Shown here in pieces: positions 1 through 11,901 of a stretch of 64,000 nucleotides of DNA. How positions within the stretch are numbered: the first letter of the stretch is position 1; each line of letters starts with the position of its first letter. Source of the DNA: Azolla caroliniana (lineage: Eukaryota > Plantae > Polypodiophyta); assembly GCA_043228905.1 (NCBI GenBank), contig JBHGNT010000006.1, positions 22,506,001 to 22,570,000 of the forward strand, in the 5' to 3' direction. A program made the translations under genes and the position numbers. The notes under the pieces were generated by a model that was given only the letters and a program-made list of their open reading frames with translations, was not told where the DNA came from and ran no database searches.

Positions 1-189
1 ACTAAACACCATGGTTATGAATTTGCAATATTGATCTGAGGCCTCAAAGTTGCTACAACAAGCCTCAAACAAACTCGATGCAAAAGACGAGCCCACAAAC
101 TAGTTGTTAGGTACACAAACACCCATGAGCAACTTGTCAACCTCACCACATAAAAGTGCACATCAATTGACACATTGCAAGACAGGCTA

Positions 190-1920
190 CATGAACCTCG
201 TATATCACATGCTCCTAATCTATAAGCCAAGTTGTTGAGGTCCTAAAGAAAGAGGTAAATGAATTTTTACATTAATACTAGTAAGAGTAGATCGAAGAGA
301 AGACCAAGTTTTATCAATTAATCTATCAACATGCTCATAAGATGTACAAAAAGGAGACTAAGAAAGAAGGGGTTATGAATATCCTTATTATTATGATTTG
401 TTTACAAACTTGAAATTTTGTGATGTTGAACTTTAGGATTCACTTTGCAATGTTTATAGTTTAACATCATATTATGTTGCAAAAACAACACCAAAAATCT
501 GTAAGTGTTGTTTAGTGTCACTTGTAGCGTGACACGTTTATTAAAATGTTCTTAAAACTATTGCGGTGCCAATGGCCTCTTATGTTGTGGAAGTTGTCTA
601 CGATCATCAAAACAACCGCTTTTCCAAAAATGCTAAATTCCTGAGTTCAGAACAAGCTTGATAGTTATAGTAATTTATATGTATCTCCTAGGGACACAAC
701 ACGAAAAGTAGAAGCTATTTTTTACACTATTATACAATACATATTGTAGAATTTGCGTTTGATTATCAAAAGCAAGTTCTTTAGGGTCTCACTGATCTAC
801 TCTTGATGGTAGAGAATAGCTTTGAATAATATGTGCATTCTAACAAATTTATTCCATTTGTATTGATAGTTTTGCCCAATATATCTTAACACTTAAAGCA
901 TATTGCGCCATTATGTTCGTCTTACTCAATATCCATGTGATCTGAAAATACTATAAAAAAAATCAATTTGTATGATGCATTTCTCTTTTGAGACAATCAT
1001 CCACACGCCCCCTAGTGACTCTTTTAACTTAAGATTTTGAGGTACTACCATGGTACACTAATAAAGATTGCGAATTTTGGAGTTAGTGATACTTCAAGGC
1101 TACTTGTCCATAAGTAAAATAGATCTCATTTTGTGATCAAGGTCCATGTATCGCACTTTGTGATGTACGTTGCTAAACTAAGATGCCTTGACATCGTCTA
1201 GTTTTTCATGTTCATGAAAATCCATTTTCATCACAAACCTCTCACCTCAAAGTGTTTAGATGTCATCCACACAATGACGGAGTGGGTTCACTAAGATGGT
1301 GCATTTTTTCCCATGCATCAAGACCATCAAATAGCTAACGCTCTAATGAGTGAAATAGTTGGACATCATGGTTTCCCATATTACATGATCAATGGTTGTT
1401 GGCCACAATTCATCTAAAAATTTCAGAAACATTTGCTCAAAATGTTGAAAATATATTGTAAACTCTTATCAAGCTATCATCCACCAAGAGCGGTCTATAG
1501 TATATACAATAAGATGATGTAGCAATATATTCGTTGCTTCATCAATTATCAACTAAATGTTGGGTTTACTTCATTCGTTTTGTAATTATTTCTTACTACA
1601 ATTCAAATATTCCCTTGATCACAAACATATTTGACTTGTTGGAATTGTAGCATGGAGATCAAAGAAGCGAACAACAAGTGAGTTATCCTCCACGTGAGTG
1701 GAATATGTAGTTGTTGCACTATTGTTAAACGATAAATATGAATCCACCCTATCCTCAAAGAACTAAACACCTTTGAGGTTTCTACACTAAATCTGTATAC
1801 TATATAGTGACAATCGTTCATGTAAAGGCTAGCTTTTTAATCCAAAGATTAATGATAACATTTCTCAAGTTTATTAATTAAAACAGAGAGATTGGATATG
1901 AAGCACGTGCCTATGATGTT
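190..1920 (+). mobile_element. Highly degraded Ty3/gypsy retrotransposon remnant (gag-like, RNase H, integrase fragments)
   Basis: Hand translation with stops and frameshifts. ~596-665 gives VYDHQNNRFSKNAKFLSSEQA** (cf. gypsy RNase H VYTDHKNL..F..AK.L.RRQARW). ~1285-1490 gives FTKMVHFFPCIKT ... EIVGHHGFP..MI....PQFI*KFQKHLLKMLKIYCKLLSSYHP (gypsy integrase core). ~1520 gives QYIRCFINYQ. The order RNase H then INT is gypsy-type. Boundaries are approximate. Confidence 0.7.
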
Positions 1921-2027
1921 TAAGTGGATAGATTTCTTGATGATGCTATTGTCATGAATAAAACATATGGTATGTCATTGAACGATTGGTTTAATAATGT
2001 AAACATCACACACATGCTCATAATTGT

Positions 2028-2461
2028 TGTTGAGAGATCAAGCTCAACTTAATTTAGTTAGTTAGTCAACCATATAACTTCGTAGTTACTTAGATAGAAT
2101 CTAGTTAGAAGTGTTGACTATAACGCCTTAAATAAGACCTTGTACTTAATGAGATATTCTAGATCCTCCACTCCTAAGTACATTTAATATAGGACTTACA
2201 CCTTAGTACCTATATTCCACTCACACATGTGCACCCTTGCACATGAGATGTATATATACCTCATTGTGGGTATTTTTGTATTTGATGATGTTGTTGCTAA
2301 TTTAATATATAGTTACTCATCCCCCATATTGTATTGTTCATAAGTGTATCTCTCTCTCTCTCTCACACACACACACATATCATATAATCTTTCGTTTATC
2401 AACTAATCACATAATTAGGTACTAATTAATCATTGCTTAATTACTTACCTAATTCTTAACA
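2028..2461 (+). repeat. 5' LTR of copia element 1 (434 bp)
   Basis: Starts TGTTGAGAGATC, ends CTTAACA, followed directly by the PBS. About 15 substitutions and 2 small indels versus 5576-6017 by manual comparison. Confidence 0.95.
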
Positions 2462-5400
2462 TGGTATCAGAGCGTGTGGTTTAGAAAATCCACTAAGCCC
2501 ACCAACTCCGTGATCGTGTGTTCGAGACGCCGATGACAAAATCTGGCTATTGGCTACCGTAGTGCCACTACGTAGCACATGTACGTGATCGAAGGAAGAA
2601 AAGCAAAAGAAAAGAAGACACAATCAATATGAACACGCAAATGGGTAACTCGCTCCCTAGTGAAAAGCTAGATCGGAGCAATTATTAATCTTGGGAGTAC
2701 AAGATGACCCAATACCTCATTGGCCAAGGGTATTGGAGCTACATCAACGACGCTCAAGAAAATCGACCCGACTCAAAGAACGTCGACTACGCAACATGGG
2801 AGCAAGCGGCGAGTTGAGTCATGTATTGCTTGGCAACATGTGTCCACGACCACATGCTTAGCCACATTCGAGACGCCAAGACGCTTAAAGAAGCGTGGGC
2901 GAACTTAAAGATAATGTTTGTTATCAACACGACTGCCCGAAAGCTTCAACTCCAACAAGAGTTGAACAACATTTGGCAAAAAGATATGTCTGTGTCGGAC
3001 TACACCGCCAAGATCAAGAGCATTTGTGACTTGCTCGACTCCATCAAAATAAACATCGACGAAGACGAGATGGTTCAAGTATGCTTGGGCGGCCTCGCAC
3101 AATGATTTGATCCATTATGGACAGCAATCTTGGCGAGAGAAACCCTCCTTCATTCTTCAACCTCCAATCAATGCTATTGGTCAAAGAGAACCACGTCCAA
3201 ACCAAAAGCAAGACGTCGGAAGGACAAATGTTCTTCTTGAATTCGGACGGTGGCCGAGGAGGAGGTCACGACGGTAGAAGAGGTCAATTCGGTCCATCAC
3301 ACAAAGGGAACGCAAACCTTCAAGAAAGCCATCGAGGAACCTTCGGAAGAAGGGGGAGCTTCCACGCCGAACATGGTCGGCAAACGAGGCCCGCAACTTG
3401 CAATTATTGCGGCAAAATCGGCCACTACGAGGTGGAGTGTCAAAAAAAGAGAAGTGAGTCGGCTTCAACAAGTTGACACCTCACAAACTACGCATCAAAC
3501 TCCGACCACGACAACCGTAGCGGAATGTTCACGAATCACGCGTCGAATTCTGACTACGACGATCATAGTGAAATGTTTACAAATTACGCCACGAATTCCG
3601 ACTACGGCAACCGTGACGGAATGTTCGTAATGAGGCATAGAGCGAACTCTATGTCGGCCTCCAACTCGGAAGACGTGTGGTTCGTCGACTCTAGTGCCTC
3701 ACATCACATGACATCTCACGAGGAGTGGTTTCGTGAATTGCGTACACCGGACTGACCCGGCTTCATAGAGACGGGAGACGACACCACACACTCCATTCGG
3801 CAAATCGGCAATGTCCCATTCGGGAAAGAAGGAGAACAAACTTGCATCAAGAATGTTTTGCACGTGCACACAATAACGAAGAATTTGGTCTCCATCAGCC
3901 AAATCGTGGAGCAAGGCATGCAAGTCCGCTTCAACAAAGAAGGATGCTTCATCGAGAAAGATGGCCGACTCATAGCGAAGGGGCAGGAGATGGCCGAATG
4001 TTCATCCTCAATTCGAACGAGGTGAAATCAACAATGTACGCTAAAAGTCTCAAAACCGAGACAAGCATCGAGTTGTGGCACAAGAAAATCGGCCACATAA
4101 ACCTCCAACGGCTTCGAGCTATGCAAACAAAGGGAGTCGTCATCGGACTTCCGACATTCGAGTCGACCAAGTATGTGAAGCGTGTCAACTCGGCAAACAA
4201 CATCGACTCCCATTTCCGAAGGAGAGCTCCGCAAGCAAAGGCCTCCTCGACGTCATACACTCGGATGTTTGGGAACCAGCTCAAACGCTGACGATCGGCG
4301 GATGCTAATACTACGTAACCTTTATCGACGATTACTCACGTTACGCGCGGATCTACCCGATGAAGAAGAAGAGAGAAGTGTTCTCCCACTTCCAAAAGCT
4401 CAAGGGGCAAGTCGAAAAAGAAACTGGTCGGCACATTCGATGCCTACGATCGGATGGAGGAAAGGAGTACTTCTCCAATGAATTCACCTCCTACCTCCAA
4501 AGTGAAGGCATTCTTAGAGAATTCTCATCTCGACACACACCCCAACAAAATGGAGTCGCCGAAAGGAAAAATCAGCAAATACTTGAGGTAGCACGCGCCA
4601 TGATGCATGAGAAGCACATGCCAAATTTCTATTGGGCCGAAGCGGCATCCACGACCGTCTATCTCATGAACCGGTGCACCACCAATGGAGTCCATGAGCT
4701 AACTCCATACGAGCTCCTCATCGAAAAGAAGTCGATCCTGTCACACCTCAAGGTGTTCGGAAGTATTGCGAATGTACGCATCCCAAACGAACAATGACAG
4801 AAGCCCGACACGAAGTCGGAGAAATGTATCCTCATAGGATACTCGTTCAAGAAGAAGGTGTACAAGTGTTACAACCCTTCTACCCGAGCGGTTTGGGTAA
4901 GTCGAGACGTAGTCTTTGACGAGTTCGCATTGTGGTACGCACCAGAGGCAACTTCGACTCTGACTTCGGTCGACCCGGAATCCGCCGAACAAGAGGTAGA
5001 AGATGGAGATCACTTCGAACACATGTTCAAAGAAAGTCCAATTACATCAAGGCCTAGTGGGCCACAAGAACCCCCACGCGACCCAAGCACGTCGCGACCA
5101 AGTACGAACTTGGACAAAGGCAAAGGTAAGATGCCCGAATACGAAGTCGACCACCCCGACGACAATGATTCAGATGGATCGGCTCCCTCACTAGACAATG
5201 AGTTCGGTGTACCCATCATGTGAACACCCGAAATAAAGAAGGCACTCACATGCGAGCGAAAAACTTCGACTCTCATCTAGAGCTAAGAACCTCGTCACTC
5301 GGCACAACTACAATGAGTACATGGCCCATCATTACGCCTTCGCGATGAAGGTAGCAGGCGAACAAGAGCCCAAGAGCTCCACTGAAGCGGCTCATAACCC

Positions 5401-5575
5401 ACGATGGGTGGAAGTAGTCGACCTTCACCCACACACTACAAGCCTTCATCACCGGTTTGAGGGGGAGGAACCGAGATTGCCATGGCGAAGAAAGCCAAAG
5501 GCCGGACGGAAGCACACAAAGTCGACGAAAGCCAAAGCGGATGTCGGACGCCTCACACTTGAGCTTGAGGGGGCG

Positions 5576-5900
5576 TGTTGAGAGATCAAGTTCAACTTAG
5601 TTTAGTTAGTTAGTAAGCCATGTAACTTTGTACTTACCTAGATAGAATTTAGTTAGAAGTGTTGACTATAACGCCTTAAATAGGACCTTGTACTTAATGA
5701 GATATTCTAGATCCTCCACTCCTAAGTACATTTAATATAGGACTTACACCTTAGTACCTATATTCCACTCACACATGTGCACCCTTGCACATGAGATGTA
5801 TATACATATACCTCATTGTGGGTATTTTTGTATTTGATGATGTTGATGCTAATTTAATATATAGTTACTCATCCCCCATATTGTATTGTTCATAAGTGTA

Positions 5901-5933
<33 letters not shown>

Positions 5934-6017
5934 TATCACATAATCTTTCGCTTATCAACTAATCACATAATTAAGTACTAATTAATCCTTGCTTAATTAC
6001 TTACCTAATTCTTAACA
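5576..6017 (+). repeat. 3' LTR of copia element 1 (442 bp)
   Basis: Preceded by the PPT; near-identical to 2028-2461. Confidence 0.95.
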
Positions 6018-7749
6018 ATTGCTATTTTTTTTTCCGCAATGGTAGAATAACCAAGTTTTATTATGGCCTTGTGTTAAGGGTAACATTGATCCCCTTTGTA
6101 TTGTTTTTTTCAGATCAACATATGAATCTAGTTTACCCCATGTGCTTTCAATAACAAATTTAGTATTTTGCAAATCATTTGTTAGTAGGGATGCTACAAT
6201 TGGAACTTGCATGTTATAATATTTATTTGCAGGTTATAGTGGCAGTGATTAATTAATTAATGATCAATATTGTTAGAAAAATGATTGTTAATATTAATTA
6301 CCCATGATTAGACTAGATTATTGTTAAGTCGACTAGTTATCAAATCTCAATTAATGACTAACTACTCATTACTCTAATCGTAACCATAATTATAGTTGCA
6401 CTAATTACAACATCGTTGATGTGCGCATTATATTAATGTGGGTGACAACAACCAACTAATCTCATCTCAATCATGTTTCAATGGCTACTCATAACTAAAC
6501 CCTTAATAAAGACATGAATAAATAATATACCCAACTTATCTTGTGAACGACATATTTTGTCATACATTATAATATGAATCTCAAGCACGTGGGGGTATAC
6601 CCACTTTTTGACGAGATGTGTACACAAATTATATGTTACCAATACTAAGGTTAGTATCAAAATATTACCTTCTATATGAATGTTCCAATACCCACGGGGG
6701 TTTAATAACAACATTCTTAAGGTCATTACCATCGCCTTTTAAAGGGTGATCTCTTATTGTATTAGTTCTCAAACAAGTGTCAATATTGAGAAAAAGGTGC
6801 CAATTTCGATATTCGCAAGGTTTGGAGAAATTCGATAGTTTGGAGCCAATTTTGCAATGACCTTTTGTAATGCACAATGCTAGTTATTTTAAACCCTTGG
6901 GCCTTGACCCTAACATTATTATAAAGCGCAATCTTTACAACCACTACATCGTCATGTTTATGAATATAAATTTAAGAATTCCAGTTCGATAAAATTTAAT
7001 TTGTGTGCAATAATTTATGACACATTACATGCTTTAACACGTGTCGTCCTGTTTTATAGCCATTACAAGGTTATTATTATAACCTAATTAAGGCTATTTG
7101 ATGACCTTACACCGAAGCACCCACTTATGAATCAATCCAAAAAGTTTGCGTGAGAAGGGCACATTAAACTTTACAAATGGAAAGGTTCCATCGTCCTCTA
7201 ATAAATCATTAAAACAGTTAAAAAAGTCATAGAACTTCTACTCAAGGACCCATCCAAAGTCGTAGAATCGACAACATCCCAATAATAAAATACAACATGC
7301 TAAAAAGCTGAAGTTTTTTTTTTGTATGAACCCGAGATGGTCGCAATTACAAATCCAATAAAGATTGCAATGATACTTTCTGAACTAGAAGTTAACTATT
7401 CGAAGAGTAGATAACAAGTTTTTTTTTCCTTCTAAAATCCAAATGAAAAGCCTAGCTTCGAATATGTAAAAGCCTTTAGTACCGATCATTATTTCATGTG
7501 TGTACGTTATATGATATACATATTTAACAAAATGATCACAAATAAGTGTCAATAGTTTAGTCATAAAATTGATGACGAGTGCGTAACGAGAAAGAAAGAA
7601 AAAACTACAGCTCTCTGCAAATATTTACAATAAGTAAATTTACGTTTACCTTTCTTCAATGTTGGCAATAAATGTTGGTTTAAATTGCTACAATAACAAA
7701 CGAAAGTTTACATAAATGCACTGAGGTCCATACGAAAGGATTGTGTCCT

Positions 7750-8930
7750 AATGAGTATAGTTGACGAGGTTGCTATGGGCATGATCAATAAGGAACAGGC
7801 TGCTCGAAATGATGGGAGAACCAGGAAATGTTGGACATGTTAGATTTGTGGAATAAACATTGATGGCGAGATAGGGTAGAGAATTAACACGAATGTATGA
7901 CGATGGACAGGGGGGAAGATGTTGTATTGCATAATTGGACATATAGAAAGACGAGTTGTGACAACAAAGACGATGAAAGGAAAGAAGAGTTGTAACCACG
8001 AAGAGCAGGAAAGGAAGTGTTACGAGTAACATCTCCTAATGAATTAATTAAGAGATCGCGCTCCTGATAGGAATGAAGATGAAGTGAAGGTATTGCTCAT
8101 GCCAATATTCAATCACCTCATTGCTTTCACTTCTAATTGTTGTCGTTGCAATATTGTTCCCGCCATAAGGCTTGATTGTAATAGTAACATTTCCTTGAAA
8201 ACACATGCTCCATATATGCATAAACTTTAAAAAAAAAGATGCATACCCCCAATCGATAACAATGCCACAACCTTTGAGTGCGTGCTAACAAAAAACCATC
8301 GACACTCAATAATAAATATGCCTAGGGGATACACATGTACGATGGATTGAATGTATGTAGATACACATCATGGATTGGATATATATATATGTATATGCAT
8401 GTACACATGGATGGACGTTGGACATTGTACACTAGTCACACATAATACAAATGATTATTTGCTTACACAAGAAACCTCGATATTTCCCAAGGTTAACAAC
8501 CCAAGTAAGTTCCAAGAATGCCTCTCAAAGCCTTCTAATCATTCTTAATGTGAAGGATTTACATCCCCGAGGTTTTGTTCTGTGTCTCCGGCTTTCTCCA
8601 CAACCCTCTTGTGAAATAGATGATCTAGGTGACCACGCCACCATGCTTTAACAACATCATCTCATAGGCATGTTGTTGCGAAAAGAAGGCCTTCCTCATC
8701 ATTAGAACTCCCTTGGATATCTGCACTGGATCTATTCTCGTGCTGTTGATTGAATTAAACGAGGAGCTCTAGAAAACACCATTTGTGATGCGGTCATTGC
8801 ACTGAGCCCCAAGTGGAATAAACCAAACCTTGGAGGACGCGGATGTGTAGCCAGTTTCGAACAAGGTAACAGGATATCCTTGGCATGATCATTGCTAACA
8901 TAGAAGGATGATGGTCAAAGAGGGGTTTGC
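7750..8930 (-). mobile_element. Possible very degraded LINE 5' remnant (ORF1-like, then endonuclease-like)
   Basis: Only faint motifs on the minus strand: SQL..FYMS near 7935-7960 (cf. SRLDRFY.S of LINE endonuclease) and ORF1-like patches at 8500-8900, in the expected order. Weak. Confidence 0.25.
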
Positions 8931-8954
8931 AAAGGGTGTGTGCATGTGTGTGTT

Positions 8955-8955
<1 letters not shown>

Positions 8956-9017
<62 letters not shown>
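8956..9017. repeat. (AG)31 microsatellite
   Basis: Perfect dinucleotide run. Confidence 0.98.
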
Positions 9018-9020
<3 letters not shown>

Positions 9021-9444
9021 CGAAGTAAGTAGCACGCATGACATTGACAATTGGAAGTACGAAGTATCGTCACATCATCGAGCCATTCTTGCTATGGGCT
9101 CGTTGCAGATAGTCATGAAAGGCGATTTAGCCAAGTGAACAATGATCTTCGACTGCTTTCTCAGCTAGCCGGTGGTGGCCGAGCGCCTCAAGATGATCTC
9201 TCTCAATCTCTCTCTCTCTGAGTGTGTCTCTCTCATTGTGATCGTTGCTTTGCCACATTATGTATGTACATACATATATGATGATAATGCCCGATGGACG
9301 AGAGGACCCAACGGGCGGGCGGGCAAACGTTATGTGAAGCCATGTACCCCCATCCATCATATCATTCATTCATTCATTGACTTGTTCTCATTCTCTCTCT
9401 CTCTCTCTTATGATGGATGGATGGATGGTTAGTTGGCAAAACGG

Positions 9445-10335
9445 CCCACACACACACACTCTCTCTCTCCCTCTCTCTTTCACGTACAGAAACACACACA
9501 CACACACTCTCTCTCTCTCTCTCTTTCACACACACACACACACACACACATTCTCTCTCTCACACTCGTTCTCTATCACAGACACACACACACATTCTCT
9601 CTCACACTCGTTCTCTATCACAGACACACACACACATTCTCTCTCTCACTCGTTCTCTATCACAGACACACACACTCCCTCTCGCTCTCTCTTGCACACA
9701 CACACACACTCTCTCTATCTATATCACTCACACACCGTCTCTCTCTCTCTCTCTCTTTCTTTCTCACACACACACTCTCTCTCTCTCTATCTCACTCACA
9801 CACACACACTACACTCTCTCAGACGTTAATATATCTTTCTTTCTCTCTCTCACACACAAACACTACACACACACACACTCTCTCTCTCTCTATCACACAC
9901 ACACACACGCACACACTCTCCTCTCTCTCTCTCTCTCTCTCTCTATCACACACACGCACACTCGTCTCTCTCTCTCTCTCTCCCTCTCTCACACACACAC
10001 ACTCATCTCTCTCTCTCTCTCTCTCTTGCTCTGCTCACACACAGACACTCTCTCTCTATCACACACATACACACTCTTTCTCTATCACACACATACACAC
10101 ACACACACACACACTCTCTCTCTCTCTATCACACACACGCACACTCGTCTCTCTCTCTCTCTCACATACACACACACACTCATCTATCTCTCTCTCTCTT
10201 GCTCTGCTCACACACACGCACTCTCTCTCTATCACACACATACACACACACTCTTTCTCTATCACACACACACACACACACTCTCTCTCTATCACACACA
10301 CACACACACACACTCTCTCTCTCTCTCTCTCTCTC
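9445..10335. repeat. ~900-bp compound (CT)n/(CA)n microsatellite with higher-order duplications, directly upstream of the IQD 5' region
   Basis: Alternating CT and CA blocks. The unit CACACATTCTCTCTCACACTCGTTCTCTATCACAGA occurs about three times (~9545-9670), and a ~180-bp block containing CACGCACACTCGTCTC...CTTGCTCTGCTC is duplicated. Confidence 0.95.
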
Positions 10336-11901
10336 TTGCTCTGCTCTCCTCTGCATTGCCTGGTGGTGTCTGTCTGTCTGTCTGTCTGTCGCTGCACACA
10401 TACATACATACACAGTTACTTCATCACCTCCATCTCCATCTCCATCTCTTCTTCTTCTTTCTTCTTTCTTCTTCTTCGTCAGTCTCCACTCGCCATTCCT
10501 CCTCCTCCATCGATCTTCTCCCGAGCTTCTCACAACTCACTCACTCACACTTGGCCTTCTCCATTTCAACTTCAACTTCTCCCTTGCAGATTCTGGCTAT
10601 GGCGGAAACGCAGCTCTCCTTCACAGCTCCTCACATGGTAGAGCTCATCTGTATCCTGTATTTTTCTCCAATGCCATAGCTCTCGAGCACCAATCATTCT
10701 GCTATTTCTTCTCGCATTTTTGGGTATCCTGCAGCAGCTTTCCATGCTTTGTCTCCATTCAGATCCACCAATCTCCTCTTGGGGAGGGGGATTTCGATTG
10801 GATTTCATCAGTTTCTTTGTACAAAGGCTCTCTCTCTCTGCTCTGCTCTGCCGCCATAGCTTTTTTTTTCCTTTCTGAAGTCGCAATGCCAGCTTTTTCT
10901 TGCATTTTAAGAAATCTCTCTTTTCCCAACAACCTAAGTTGCTGCTTTCTGAGCCTTCTCTTTCTTCCTTTTTCCTTCTTGCCTGCGAAGAATGCTTCCT
11001 TGCACTTACGATCTATCTACTTTACTTCCTGATATTGCCTAGGATTATCCATCCTTCTCCTTCCTGACCTAAATTTGAGATATCTCAGTAGTATTCTTCA
11101 CTCTCCATTGTAACCTAATTTGAGAATGTCTATCGAGTAAAGCTCTACTCTCTTTACCTTTCTTGTATTCTCAGGAATGTTTGAGAGAGTTTAAACTAGC
11201 AGTATTCTTCCTCCTTCTCTGCAACCTAATCTCAAATTTCTAGCTGGTAAAACTTCCTTCTGCTCTGCACTAAATTTGAAATCATTAACCTTAGTATTCT
11301 CCGTTCTTCTGTGTGACCTGAACTCGAGATTTTTCTTCATTCTCTTCTGAGACACATCCAGCGAATCAGTCGCCCTTATCTCGTGAAATCAAGATTTCAG
11401 ACAATTCCAGCTAGATTCCTCCTTATCACTTGGACCTAAAATTGAGATCTTTATCTAATAATTTTCCTTCTCCCGTGATGCTTAATCCGAGTACTTTCAA
11501 TTAGAACCCTTCCTTCTCTCAAATTTTCTGATCTATTTTGATGTCTGTAAAATCTGATTTGAGAACGTGAACTAGTAATTTTTTTCTTGTGTGTGACCTG
11601 AACCTCAGTAACAACGGAGTAAACTTGGCCTACATTTGAGACCTTCAGCTAATTATAATAAACGTCCTGCGGTAATGGGACATCGCTTGAGAATTTGACC
11701 TAAATTGCATCTCATGTGCTCTTAAGTTTGATGAGGTCCTTTTTCTATTAAAAAATCCTTACCCTGTGATGTAAGATGGAGATCATTAACACGTATTCTT
11801 CTGTTACGATGCAGATCAAAGAACATCTATTGGAGTAGTACTCTACAATTTTGAGAAAGCAATATTTCTGTTCCAGGTACTGAGACAATTCCAGGAATAG
11901 C

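Larger units (their letters stand above)
2028..6017 (+). mobile_element. Ty1/copia LTR retrotransposon, non-autonomous (gag-PR-INT retained but disrupted, RT/RNase H deleted)
   Basis: LTRs at 2028-2461 and 5576-6017 (TG...CA). PBS TGGTATCAGAGC at 2462-2473, PPT GAGCTTGAGGGGGCG at 5561-5575, TSD ATTGT (2023-2027) / ATTGC (6018-6022). Internal motifs: gag (KLDRSNY*SWEYKM), zinc knuckle CNYCGKIGHYEVEC, protease WFVDSSASHHMT, GAG-pre-integrase ELWHKKIGH, integrase LRSDGGKEY...TPQQNGVAERKN. Sequence stops at EPKS..EA..NPRWVE (~5413), just before RT. Confidence 0.95.

Noticed and set aside
6100-7100. Possible CACTA or other DNA-transposon remnant on the minus strand
   Set aside because: No motif, TIR or TSD could be identified with confidence.
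9377-11032. Long ORFs (420, 402, 277 aa) rich in H/T/L/S
   Set aside because: Artefacts of the stop-free CT/CA microsatellite; no domain content.
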